IMG/VR virus record: IMGVR_UViG_3300017719_000001
Strand: one strand, 5' to 3'
From: an uncultured virus (IMG/VR IMGVR_UViG_3300017719_000001)
Taxonomy: Duplodnaviria; Heunggongvirae; Uroviricota; Caudoviricetes
Length of the DNA stretch: 58,559 nucleotides
Made by a program: the position numbers and the translations under genes. Of this stretch, positions 27,227-36,030 are shown piece after piece; the first letter of the stretch is position 1; each line of letters begins with the position of its first letter. The notes beneath the pieces were generated by a model that saw only the letters and a program-made list of their open reading frames with translations, did no database searches and was not told the DNA's origin.

Positions 27227-28161
27227 TAATTAAACTCCACTGCTGCCATGATTTCTGTACAACATGCAACCATATTTAATTCGTGGTCAGCAACAAAACT
27301 ATTCTTGTACTGATAATCAGCAAGAATAAGCACTAGCTGTGGAATAGATTGTGGTTTAACATAGTCGGACATATTATCATAAATTTTACGAAACAATGAA
27401 GCCGGTTCTTGATCAATGTTATCCGTTACCCATTGTCGCATCTTTTTAAAGTTCTTGTCCTTCATAGCAGACATTAGGTTACCCATAGAGACTTCTGATA
27501 GTGATACAAGAATGCCTGTGTCGATTTTACCCGATACCGAGTATCGTTGCAATTCATTTAAAACACGACGCCAATCTGGCATATGCTTCATGATTAATTC
27601 AGCGATTACTGGTTCATCATACTCTATATTTTCATTAGATAAAATATTACCCACACGCTTCATGAATGAACCACATAGGTCTGGCATGTCTTTCTTAGCA
27701 ATATTAAATTCAACTACTGAACAACGAGAGTGTAGTGGTTCAATGATTCTGTTTTTAAAGTTACAGGTCATTATGAATCTACAGTTGTTACTGAACTCTT
27801 CAATGAATCCACGTAAAGCAGGTTGAGTTGACTGTGGGTTTAGATAATCTGCCTCATCAAGTATTACAACTTTATAACCACCTTGCAAGGATACTGTTGA
27901 TGCGAAATGTTTAATTTTATTACGCAGTGTATCAATGTTACCCTCTTCTGATCCGTTAATCAGTAGATAATCAAGTCCTAGCTGGTTACATAACGCCTTA
28001 GCAACAGTTGTTTTACCAACGCCAGCTGTTCCAGTAAACAATAAATTAGGTATTTCACCTGTATTTACAATTGTCTGAAATGTAGACTTTAATGGCTTTG
28101 GTAAGATAGTATCTGCAACTGTTTGGGGCCGATATTTTTCGACCCATAAAAATTCTTCCAT
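27226..28161 (-). CDS. 44: Clamp loader large subunit gp44
   Basis: LWVEKYRP, GTAGVGKTT, ILDEAD, PLHSRC. Confidence 0.97.
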   Translation of the reverse strand: MEEFLWVEKYRPQTVADTILPKPLKSTFQTIVNTGEIPNLLFTGTAGVGKTTVAKALCNQLGLDYLLINGSEEGNIDTLRNKIKHFASTVSLQGGYKVVILDEADYLNPQSTQPALRGFIEEFSNNCRFIMTCNFKNRIIEPLHSRCSVVEFNIAKKDMPDLCGSFMKRVGNILSNENIEYDEPVIAELIMKHMPDWRRVLNELQRYSVSGKIDTGILVSLSEVSMGNLMSAMKDKNFKKMRQWVTDNIDQEPASLFRKIYDNMSDYVKPQSIPQLVLILADYQYKNSFVADHELNMVACCTEIMAAVEFN

Positions 28162-28418
28162 TATGCTACCTCCCAACCTGTAACAGTTTCAACTCGAAAA
28201 GAACGCCATGCAGTCTTATCAAGACACCATACGGCAACATGATCAGATTCAGGACTGATTTTTTCTACTGTAGCAGCAATACCTGCTTCTTTTAGTATTT
28301 CGGGTTTGAGTGTGGACTCCATTCTGCGGACTTCGCCGGAGCCGATTTTGGTAAAGGTAACATATACGATACCTTCTTGTAGTGCCTTAATAAGGCTTTG
28401 TAATTCACTTTTTTGCAT
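28161..28418 (-). CDS. SH3/WYL-like small protein (DUF2693-like)
   Basis: VTFTK..GEVRRM..TL...VWCLDKTAWRSFR. Confidence 0.75.
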   Translation of the reverse strand: MQKSELQSLIKALQEGIVYVTFTKIGSGEVRRMESTLKPEILKEAGIAATVEKISPESDHVAVWCLDKTAWRSFRVETVTGWEVA

Positions 28419-28442
28419 AATAATTCCTGTAATAATAAATGT

Positions 28443-28511
28443 GACTAGGGGGCCTTTTCATACTGGCCTGTTTGTGGGGGTTCTGGTCGGCGAAACCTTG
28501 ACCCCCTAGTC
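28443..28511 (-). ncRNA. Candidate structured intergenic RNA (copy B)
   Basis: Perfect 10-bp GACUAGGGGG/CCCCCUAGUC stem with inner GGUC/GACC and GGCC-AGUAUGAAAA-GGCC hairpins. Confidence 0.5.
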
Positions 28512-28521
28512 GTCCCCAACT

Positions 28522-28782
28522 CTAGCCTTCTTCTTGAACGGAAGGCTCTTCTGCAACTGGGACTGTACCTTCAGGCTGTTCGCCATCTTTAGGTGCAGCT
28601 GCGTTTAAGAAAGCTACAATTCTGTTTCTCAAACCTCCAATTGCTTCGAGTTCTTGGCCTTCAAAACCACCTCTACGCGATACAATATCAATGACTTGTA
28701 CCATAGTAGCGATATCTTGTAGACCAAGTTGGACAGGCTCACCCACTGGGGCTTCCTGTGTTGCGTTTACATCTTCTGACAT
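28522..28782 (-). CDS. Acidic hypothetical protein, late-expressed
   Basis: LQDIATMVQVIDIVSRRGGF.G.EL..IG core; GGAG SD; late promoter upstream. Confidence 0.75.
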   Translation of the reverse strand: MSEDVNATQEAPVGEPVQLGLQDIATMVQVIDIVSRRGGFEGQELEAIGGLRNRIVAFLNAAAPKDGEQPEGTVPVAEEPSVQEEG

Positions 28783-28810
28783 AATATTCTCCATTAGCTA
28801 ATTAATATAT

Positions 28811-28818
28811 TATTTATA
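28811..28818 (-). promoter_or_regulatory. T4-type late promoter overlapping the gene 45 stop
   Basis: TATAAATA. Confidence 0.65.
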
Positions 28819-29482
28819 CACCAAACGTTGAACTTTTTTCCAAAGCAATAAAGTAACTTACCGGTTTAGTTTTGTTCACCCACTTTGAAATGAGTTTTGA
28901 TGAAATTTGTACTTCATAGTCGCCATCAATGATTTTCAGATTTGAAATGTTCATGATGAAACTAAAAGTTTGCCCAGTCGTATTTTCTCCGAGAGCTAGG
29001 TCAAATGTATTTGCACTAGCATCTTTAGGATCGAACACTTTAATAGAAATCCCTTCGTCGTTTCCAACGAAAGCAAGATCCAAGTGACCAAGCACTGACG
29101 CTGCCTTTTTAGCCTTCAGAAGTTTTTCTTCGGTTAGTTCAACAGTAACCTCGGCGTTTGGCATTGTGATGTCCCTTTCAGGAGCGGTTAAGATACTAGG
29201 TTCAGCAAGGTAATAATTTACCCCTGTTCCAGTACCACTTACTTTCACAGATTTCTCTGTAAAATTTAGAGTTGGATTATCAATCAGACTGAGTACACTT
29301 AAGAACTCATTAAGGTCATAAATACCTAGGTCTGATGGAAAGTCCTCGACAACCGAAGCTGTTGCAAGAATATTCTTGGCCTCGGAAATAGTTTTAATTT
29401 CTTGACCTGGTTTCAAAACAATGTTCGGATTAATCGAGGCAAAGTTTTGTAATAGGGCAAGTGTTTCTTCACTTAGTTGCAT
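28814..29482 (-). CDS. 45: Sliding clamp gp45
   Basis: MQLSEETL.LLQNFASIN, GIYDLNEFL, YFIALE. Confidence 0.95.
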   Translation of the reverse strand: MQLSEETLALLQNFASINPNIVLKPGQEIKTISEAKNILATASVVEDFPSDLGIYDLNEFLSVLSLIDNPTLNFTEKSVKVSGTGTGVNYYLAEPSILTAPERDITMPNAEVTVELTEEKLLKAKKAASVLGHLDLAFVGNDEGISIKVFDPKDASANTFDLALGENTTGQTFSFIMNISNLKIIDGDYEVQISSKLISKWVNKTKPVSYFIALEKSSTFGV

Positions 29483-29512
29483 AATGCGTTTCTCCATTTT
29501 TTTAATATGTAT

Positions 29513-29542
29513 ATTATATCATAAAAAGCAGTGTTTGTAAAC
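29513..29542 (-). promoter_or_regulatory. Early sigma70-type promoter for 45-44-62
   Basis: GTTTACA-17-TATAAT. Confidence 0.75.
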
Positions 29543-29554
29543 CACTTTTTGTAA

Positions 29555-29851
29555 TCATTCACCATTAGTTCTATCATGCTCATAGAGCGCAAGTAGTCCA
29601 TAATGTAAAACCTTCATCAGGTCTTTGCGCCACTCTGCTGGAGTATCGCCCTTCTTCCCATAACGAGCATTATACTTATCAACGTTGCCGAGAAAGAATC
29701 CCAGCCCGTGACCTCTATCAATAATGACCTCACTTGATTGGAGTCCACCTTGACCATAATGTGCATTATAGGTTGAATCTATGTACGAGTGGAGCTCTTT
29801 AATCAGAGCTCCCTCATTAAATTTGTAATCAGGATTAGAAGTTTGCTTCAT
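29555..29851 (-). CDS. DUF3310-like (T7 gp1.7-like) putative nucleotide kinase
   Basis: HY...GFFLGNVDKYNARYGKKG...DLMKVLHY. Confidence 0.75.
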   Translation of the reverse strand: MKQTSNPDYKFNEGALIKELHSYIDSTYNAHYGQGGLQSSEVIIDRGHGLGFFLGNVDKYNARYGKKGDTPAEWRKDLMKVLHYGLLALYEHDRTNGE

Positions 29852-30980
29852 TGTTTTCCTCAGTTGTTGTTTCATTAGTAATTACACCATCATCTACCTT
29901 AGTGTAAAGATCAAGGAAAGCCGCCTTAGTATCATCATCAAATCTTGCGATACATAGGTCAATAGACTTCATCTTGTCTCCAAAGATAGAATAAGTCTGG
30001 ACAATGTGACACAACCTTCTGGTTGAAATAACTTCATCTACGCCATCATCATAAAAAGTTTTTCTGATAATATCGGCCCAGGTAACAAGTTTATCTGCAA
30101 ATTCCTCGTCTGTTTTACCAAACTTGTCCATATGTTTCCCCACGATTTTCTTTTCAATAGAGACCGATGGGAATTTCTGGTCAATTGCCACTGTGAATCT
30201 TTCAAGGAAAGCGTCATCAATAATTGTGGCCGCGGTAAATCTGCCATCTTCTGAGCCCTTACCTTTGGTGTTGGCTGTGGCTATAACATTAAATCCAGTC
30301 GCTGGAGAAATTGTTTCACCTGTCTTTTTAACCACAACAGGTTTACCTTCAAGTATACCTTGCAAACACATAATTTTATTTGTAGCTCTATCAATTTCAT
30401 CGAGCAATAAGATTGCGCCGTTCTCCATTGCCTTAAGCACTGGGCCTTTAGAGAATACAGTTTCTCCATTAATAAGTCTGAATCCACCAAGTAAATCGTC
30501 CTCGTCTGTTTCTGGGTTAATCTGAACTCTAATAAACTCTCTATTGAGCTTAGCTGCCGCTTGTTCTACCATGAAGGTTTTACCGTTTCCTGATAGACCT
30601 GAAATGTATGTAGGATAAAACATTTCTGATTTAATAATTTTTACCAAATCAGAATATGAACCCCATGGTACAAAGGTTGAATCAACTTTTGCCATAGACC
30701 TTTCTTGGTTTACAATAGACTGCATTGATAGAGCCGTATTAGCCTGTGTGGTTGATGATTCAGTGATGGAATCCCTAAGTGGGATAATCATTGCACTGAG
30801 ATCGTATGTACCGATCTTGACCCTATTCTCTGCGTCGCAAAGAGGATACCAATCGGATCCTTTATAGCCAAGAGATTCGGCCGCGGAAACAATCAGGTTC
30901 TTCCTGAACTCTGTTTGATCCGGATATTGTTCTGCCAATTTCTTGACGATGTTTTGTGTTGAAATTTTCACGTTATTCAT
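29835..30980 (-). CDS. CobS/MoxR-like AAA+ ATPase
   Basis: GLSGNGKT, LLLDEID, ATANTKGKG, AFLERF, ISTRRL. Confidence 0.92.
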   Translation of the reverse strand: MNNVKISTQNIVKKLAEQYPDQTEFRKNLIVSAAESLGYKGSDWYPLCDAENRVKIGTYDLSAMIIPLRDSITESSTTQANTALSMQSIVNQERSMAKVDSTFVPWGSYSDLVKIIKSEMFYPTYISGLSGNGKTFMVEQAAAKLNREFIRVQINPETDEDDLLGGFRLINGETVFSKGPVLKAMENGAILLLDEIDRATNKIMCLQGILEGKPVVVKKTGETISPATGFNVIATANTKGKGSEDGRFTAATIIDDAFLERFTVAIDQKFPSVSIEKKIVGKHMDKFGKTDEEFADKLVTWADIIRKTFYDDGVDEVISTRRLCHIVQTYSIFGDKMKSIDLCIARFDDDTKAAFLDLYTKVDDGVITNETTTEENNEANF

Positions 30981-31014
30981 AATATAATTCACTCCTTCAT
31001 TAATTTATATGTAT

Positions 31015-31101
31015 ATTATATCACACTGAGCATATTTGTAAACACGCTTATGTAAAATAATTGCACTTTTTGTACGCTTTTCTTATATTTTGTTGTTATA
31101 A
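31015..31101 (-). promoter_or_regulatory. Early promoter, extended conserved class (16-bp spacer)
   Basis: GTTTACA-16-TATAAT plus upstream conserved block. Confidence 0.75.
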
Positions 31102-31128
31102 ACCACATATCCTTTATAACCATATTAA

Positions 31129-33273
31129 TTAAGCTACCGCCTTACCGAATTTAGTCATTAAGACTTTGTTTAATTTCTTGCCTTTGGCGTGTTTTCTAAA
31201 GGCAGTACCTATCTGATTATTTGATGCATCCTCAGCAATCTCAAAGTCTTCTGATTGAGCAGAAAGGCCCTTTCCAGCTTTAACCATGTAATAATCATTA
31301 TATCCGTAGATGTTTTCTATATGGACACACTTATTATTTCTGTATTCTTTTGCCCATTCCTTCGAAGCTTCATCCCAGTATTTGTTGGTAGAGTATGCAA
31401 TGTCTCTCAGTCTCCACTTCCAGTCTGAACCTTCAGCCATAAAGAATCCGATATTATTTGTATCGTGCAATTTAGAAATATGAGATAAGATTGCATCAGT
31501 AACTGTTTTAGAGTTTGAGCTCTCTGTTGTTACCCACTTACCACCAACATTAATTTTTAGGCCGCTGTTATAAGGTGTGTGAATGTCAGCTCTTGGGTCC
31601 TGATGGACTGAGATTCTGTTCGCGTCACCATCTGTAAAAGTAACAAAATTCATTTTCTGAACTTGATGTTTTCTTTTAAATTTCTTAATTAGATCTTCTG
31701 CAATAATAAGAGCTTGATTAAGAGGAGTGGAACCCCAATCTTCTTCTTTAGCCTTGATTGAATCTTCGTACCAACCCTCTGATGGGGCAACTCTCTGATA
31801 TAACCACTTCAAGGCTTCCATAAATTCAGCCTTCTTTAATTCAGAAGAGATTACAAGAGGCATTGATAATTCGTCCATATCAATGTGGCCGGGCATATTT
31901 CTCATTAGTTCCCAATGTAATTTAGGATTAGTTGAAGTAAATCCGTAAACCTCAAATGGAATGTTTACTGCCTTACAAAACATAACTGTGTGAATAACTT
32001 GATCCATAACATATTTCATGGAACCAGACATTGAACCAGAGTAATCAATGAGCATCATCATACCGTGAGACTTAGCATCTGCAAGTCTTGTCGCCTTAAG
32101 AAAAATATCATCATTGGTTTTATATGACCATAGTGCATTTACATTAATTTCACCCGTCTTGGCTGTAGTAGCTCTTTGATATTGGTAAGCAGCTTTTCTT
32201 TGTTCAAATTCCTTAACAGCAAAGTTAACTGATTTCTTGACTCCGCTGATATACGCATTAAAACCGTAATCAGGCAAACTCCATGTTGCATATTTCTGTT
32301 CACTATACAAACATTCATCGAGTCTTTTTTGTCTTGACTCTTTAAGTTCTTTATATGTTGATACAACTTTAGATGCAATTGATTTGTCGATTGGCTTGAT
32401 TACTGCTTTCTGTTTGCCTTGTACATCTCCGTCCAACAAAGAAGATTCTTTAGCCCTAAATGCCTCGTCTGTAATAGAAACATCGGCTTCTTGATGTTCA
32501 GGTTCTGCAGAATAAACTGGTTCTTCAGATTCTTCTGAATCACCTTCTATTTCTTCCACATCAGAAGATTGTGAATTTTCTTCCTCATTGGATTCTTTTT
32601 CTTCCTCTTCCTCTTGGTAATCATCATGCCCTTGGTCGGCATCTTCTTGATTGTTTTTGATTTCTGGCTCTTCAGTATCGTCAGTTTTTGGCTCAGGCTT
32701 TTTAATTAGTTCTTCTTGATTCTCTTGGGTCCAAGAAAGAATGTCTTTAACCAACTGAACAACCTCTTCAAAGGTCTCAGTTTTGTTAGCTCTATCCATG
32801 TAAACCCATTCCTCATCTGTAAAAGGAACGTCTATTAACTGACCTATTTTAGCTTTTAGATTAATTTTATCAATAAGTTTTACTTGGTCCCAATCAACTT
32901 TATTGATAGGTCCGAAGAACTCATTGTCATATAACTTTTTATAACCTCTTTGGAATGATGCAACTAAACCGGGGTAACTTGATTTTACCATTCTCTCGAT
33001 TCTTGCATCTTCAACAACATTAATATATGACCTAGGGCAACCTTTCAGTTTTTCAGGGCTGTCGTGCCAACCTTCATACGGTGTGTTTAGTGCATGACCG
33101 ACTTCATGGCCTATTAATAAATCATAGACATCTTTGCCCATGTCTTTCCAAAGAGGAAGACCTAGGACCCTGTCTTTGACATCAAACCATGCCGTCTTGT
33201 AGTTACCATGTTGAACCGTAATATTCTCTTTAGCGAGTAATTTCGGCAACATTGAATTTGAATAATTAATCAT
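31129..33273 (-). CDS. CobT-like protein: N-terminal HExxH metallopeptidase-like domain, acidic linker, VWA domain
   Basis: HEVGHAL, NVVEDARIE, DYSGSMS (MIDAS), GSTPL, FTDGD. Confidence 0.88.
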   Translation of the reverse strand: MINYSNSMLPKLLAKENITVQHGNYKTAWFDVKDRVLGLPLWKDMGKDVYDLLIGHEVGHALNTPYEGWHDSPEKLKGCPRSYINVVEDARIERMVKSSYPGLVASFQRGYKKLYDNEFFGPINKVDWDQVKLIDKINLKAKIGQLIDVPFTDEEWVYMDRANKTETFEEVVQLVKDILSWTQENQEELIKKPEPKTDDTEEPEIKNNQEDADQGHDDYQEEEEEKESNEEENSQSSDVEEIEGDSEESEEPVYSAEPEHQEADVSITDEAFRAKESSLLDGDVQGKQKAVIKPIDKSIASKVVSTYKELKESRQKRLDECLYSEQKYATWSLPDYGFNAYISGVKKSVNFAVKEFEQRKAAYQYQRATTAKTGEINVNALWSYKTNDDIFLKATRLADAKSHGMMMLIDYSGSMSGSMKYVMDQVIHTVMFCKAVNIPFEVYGFTSTNPKLHWELMRNMPGHIDMDELSMPLVISSELKKAEFMEALKWLYQRVAPSEGWYEDSIKAKEEDWGSTPLNQALIIAEDLIKKFKRKHQVQKMNFVTFTDGDANRISVHQDPRADIHTPYNSGLKINVGGKWVTTESSNSKTVTDAILSHISKLHDTNNIGFFMAEGSDWKWRLRDIAYSTNKYWDEASKEWAKEYRNNKCVHIENIYGYNDYYMVKAGKGLSAQSEDFEIAEDASNNQIGTAFRKHAKGKKLNKVLMTKFGKAVA

Positions 33274-33296
33274 ATACACTCCTTATTTATGGTACC

Positions 33297-33380
33297 ATTA
33301 TATCACACTGAGCATATTTGTAAACACGCTAAGTGAAAATAATTGCACTTTTTGCGTATTTTCTTATATTATTTTGGAAT
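33297..33380 (-). promoter_or_regulatory. Early promoter, extended conserved class (16-bp spacer)
   Basis: Near-identical to the 31015 copy over about 55 bp. Confidence 0.75.
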
Positions 33381-33416
33381 ATGTAACATATTTGTCACAC
33401 ATTTTGGTTATAAGGG

Positions 33417-33596
33417 CTATTCAGCCCAGAATACATCTCGGAGCGTACCATCTGATTGCTTTAAAACAACTGAAGCAGTCCTATCAATATTTTTCATCTT
33501 CTTATAGTAACCAATGTCACTTTCTGTAATAATAGCATTATCATAATCTGGCTTAAGTGTCCATACTACAAAATCGTCTGTCTTTTCTTTACTCAT
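33417..33596 (-). CDS. Small hypothetical protein (59 aa)
   Basis: Not in track; MSKEKTDDFVVWTLKPDYDNAII...DVFWAE, starts 19 nt after tRNA-Leu CCA. Confidence 0.55.
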   Translation of the reverse strand: MSKEKTDDFVVWTLKPDYDNAIITESDIGYYKKMKNIDRTASVVLKQSDGTLRDVFWAE

Positions 33597-33614
33597 TTTA
33601 CTCTCTTTCTATAT

Positions 33615-33700
33615 TGGTGCCTGGGGAGGGACTCGAACCCTCAAGCCGATATGGCGCAAGATTTTAAGTCTTGTGTGTATACCTATTCCACCACCCAGGC
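33615..33700 (-). tRNA. tRNA-Leu(UAA)
   Basis: GCCTGGG/CCCAGGC acceptor stem, CAAGA-CTTAAAA-TCTTG anticodon arm, long variable arm, GTTCGAG T-loop, encoded ACCA. Confidence 0.95.
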
Positions 33701-33706
33701 AATTTG

Positions 33707-33910
33707 TTAAATGTCTAGTTCTAATTGATGTGGTTCAAATTGCTCTTCTTTTTGATCAACTCGTTTTAACAAGAGTTGGCCAGATTCGGTCTCTGTTAAA
33801 ACAAATACATCCCATAAGTTAAGGGATTTTAAATGATCCAGTGGTAATTCCTTATCTAGTAGAATAGATCCATCTGGTAGTAATTCAAATACATAATCGC
33901 AGTATAACAT
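33707..33910 (-). CDS. Hypothetical protein
   Basis: ORF track; lies between the tRNAs. Confidence 0.65.
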   Translation of the reverse strand: MLYCDYVFELLPDGSILLDKELPLDHLKSLNLWDVFVLTETESGQLLLKRVDQKEEQFEPHQLELDI

Positions 33911-33924
33911 TTTCTTTCCTATAT

Positions 33925-34001
33925 TGGCGCGCCCTGGAGGATTCGAACCTCCGACCTACGGTTTAGAAGACCGTTGCTCTATCCTGCTGAGCTAAGGGCG
34001 C
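33925..34001 (-). tRNA. tRNA-Arg(UCU)
   Basis: GCGCCCT/AGGGCGC acceptor stem, ACGGT-CTTCTAA-ACCGT anticodon arm, GTTCGAAT, encoded GCCA. Confidence 0.96.
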
Positions 34002-34008
34002 ATAAACT

Positions 34009-34245
34009 TTAATCTTCTTTTGGGTCTAGTTTGCCCGATTCAACCATATATTCAAATATGCTCCATAACTTGTTAAATCGTAAGTCTGTGATATAACGTA
34101 AACCAAGTAATTGATTTTGTAAATTATCACAGTCTTTAGCATTTAATTCTAAATTATCTGTATTATGATAAATTAGATCAATATCTTCGCATGTGGTCCA
34201 AGCTTCCATAATGGCAGCTTCTAGGTCGAATCGGTTTTTGGCCAC
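34009..34245 (-). CDS. Conserved phage hypothetical protein
   Basis: GTG start after AAGGAG; NRFDLEAAIMEAW...LRFNKLW..FE. Confidence 0.7.
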   Translation of the reverse strand: MAKNRFDLEAAIMEAWTTCEDIDLIYHNTDNLELNAKDCDNLQNQLLGLRYITDLRFNKLWSIFEYMVESGKLDPKED

Positions 34246-34277
34246 GAATGTGACTCCTTCTTTTATTTAATATATGT

Positions 34278-34307
34278 ATTATATCACACTAAGCTCTAAA
34301 TGTAAAC
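34278..34307 (-). promoter_or_regulatory. Early sigma70-type promoter for the tRNA region
   Basis: GTTTACA-17-TATAAT. Confidence 0.75.
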
Positions 34308-34314
34308 AAATATT

Positions 34315-36030
34315 TTATGCGATTTTAGAAAAGTTTTTGGATTTAAAGAACTCAATCTTGCTTCTAAATTTGTTTTCAAGTATATCACCTTTATGGGAGA
34401 TAATAAAGACATTGGTACCATCTTCTAATGTCTGTAAGATCTTAGTTAGATTCTCAACACCATCTACATCTAAACTACTATCAAAGGTTTCATCGAGAAT
34501 TAGTAGATTGGTCGCTGCACTATTTTTGAGCTTGGCAATTTGTCTCCAAGTAAATAGTAGGGATAGATCAATCCTCTGTTTCTCACCTTCACTAAATGAT
34601 GCATAATTAAATGTATCCCTATGGCGAGACCTAATAGTTTCATTAAAGTTCTCGTCCAAATGGAATGCAACAAAGAAATCCAGAATCTGTAGATACTGAT
34701 TAATCAGTCTATTCATAACCGGCAAGTATTGCTTAATAACCTTGGTTTTAATGCCTGTATCTTTCAACATTTCGCCGATAACTTCATTATATGTGCGTTC
34801 TTCCACATACTCTAGCTTCTTCTCAGTAATAGCTTGTTTGGACTTTCTTAATCCAGATAGTTCCTTCTTAGCTTTACCCGTGTCTCCAGTCTGACTGGTA
34901 AGGTGATTAATCTCTTTTTGGACTTTATCAATTTCTTTTTGTAATACAGAAATCTTGTCGTTATTAGAGTTAATCTTCTGCTGCCTTTGCCTTAGAGTAT
35001 TCAAGTTGTTATGAATCTCTTGTCCTTCTTTCTCTGTTGTGTTCACCTCCTTTGACAAAGATACAAGGTTTTTCTGCACATCAGCAGCAGTTACTTTGAG
35101 ACCAGATAGTTTTCTTTCTTTTAACTGGTTATCAATAGGTTGTTCACAAGTAGGACAATTATCATTATCCTCATAGAATCTAGCTTCTTTTACGAGAGTT
35201 TTAATATCAGATGTTAAACCCTTTTCAACTGATTTAATCTCAGTCATTCTCTCCATAAAATGTTTATGATTCTTTTCTTCTTCTGAAATAAGTGTAGATA
35301 GATTCTTACCCAATGTTTGTGACTCCACAAAAGTTTCATCTATCTGTTCTTTATATACATCAATGGAATCTCTTTTCTTATCAATTTGGTCTTGATTAAG
35401 TGACTCCAAGCTCTTAATGTACTTTGATTGTGAATCTATTTTAGTATTGGTTATATCAATGTTATGATTAATATCAGTAAGATTTTCTCTTATTTTAGCG
35501 TTGCGTTCTTTTAATAATGTGTTCATCTTACTAAAGATATTAATATCAAGCAGGTCTTCGATTACAGCTCTTCTGGACCACGCCGGTAGTTGCATAAACG
35601 GAATAAATGAACTACTCCCTAATACAACTACTTGGTGGAAGCTTTTATGATTTAACTTTAGGATATTTGTTTCTAAATACTTCTGAAAATCTCTAGCATT
35701 AGATGCTTGATTAATTTGATTTCCGTTCTGCCAGATTTCAAATTTATTTGGCTTGATGCCTCTTACGATTTTAAATTCAGAATTACCAATGTTAAATTCA
35801 ACTTCAACAAGAGCTTTCTTCTGGTTAATAGAATTGATTAGCTGATATTTACCAATATCTCTATGTGGTTTACCAAACAGTCCGAAAGATAAAGCATCTA
35901 GTAAAGTAGATTTACCTGCCCCATTTTGGCCTACAATTAAAGTTGTTGGTGATTTATCTAATCTAATTTCAATCGGGTCACTACCCGTAGACAGAAAGTT
36001 CTGCCACTTACATGATTTAAAATGTATCAT
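34315..36030 (-). CDS. 46: Recombination endonuclease subunit gp46 (Rad50/SbcC-like)
   Basis: GQNGAGKS, CPTCEQ zinc hook, FSEGEKQRID, LILDE. Confidence 0.97.
   Translation of the reverse strand: MIHFKSCKWQNFLSTGSDPIEIRLDKSPTTLIVGQNGAGKSTLLDALSFGLFGKPHRDIGKYQLINSINQKKALVEVEFNIGNSEFKIVRGIKPNKFEIWQNGNQINQASNARDFQKYLETNILKLNHKSFHQVVVLGSSSFIPFMQLPAWSRRAVIEDLLDINIFSKMNTLLKERNAKIRENLTDINHNIDITNTKIDSQSKYIKSLESLNQDQIDKKRDSIDVYKEQIDETFVESQTLGKNLSTLISEEEKNHKHFMERMTEIKSVEKGLTSDIKTLVKEARFYEDNDNCPTCEQPIDNQLKERKLSGLKVTAADVQKNLVSLSKEVNTTEKEGQEIHNNLNTLRQRQQKINSNNDKISVLQKEIDKVQKEINHLTSQTGDTGKAKKELSGLRKSKQAITEKKLEYVEERTYNEVIGEMLKDTGIKTKVIKQYLPVMNRLINQYLQILDFFVAFHLDENFNETIRSRHRDTFNYASFSEGEKQRIDLSLLFTWRQIAKLKNSAATNLLILDETFDSSLDVDGVENLTKILQTLEDGTNVFIISHKGDILENKFRSKIEFFKSKNFSKIA

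Noticed and set aside
29835..33273. Cobalamin biosynthesis (cobS/cobT) auxiliary metabolism
   Set aside because: No cobN or other cob genes in the window; the architecture fits a generic MoxR AAA+/VWA pair
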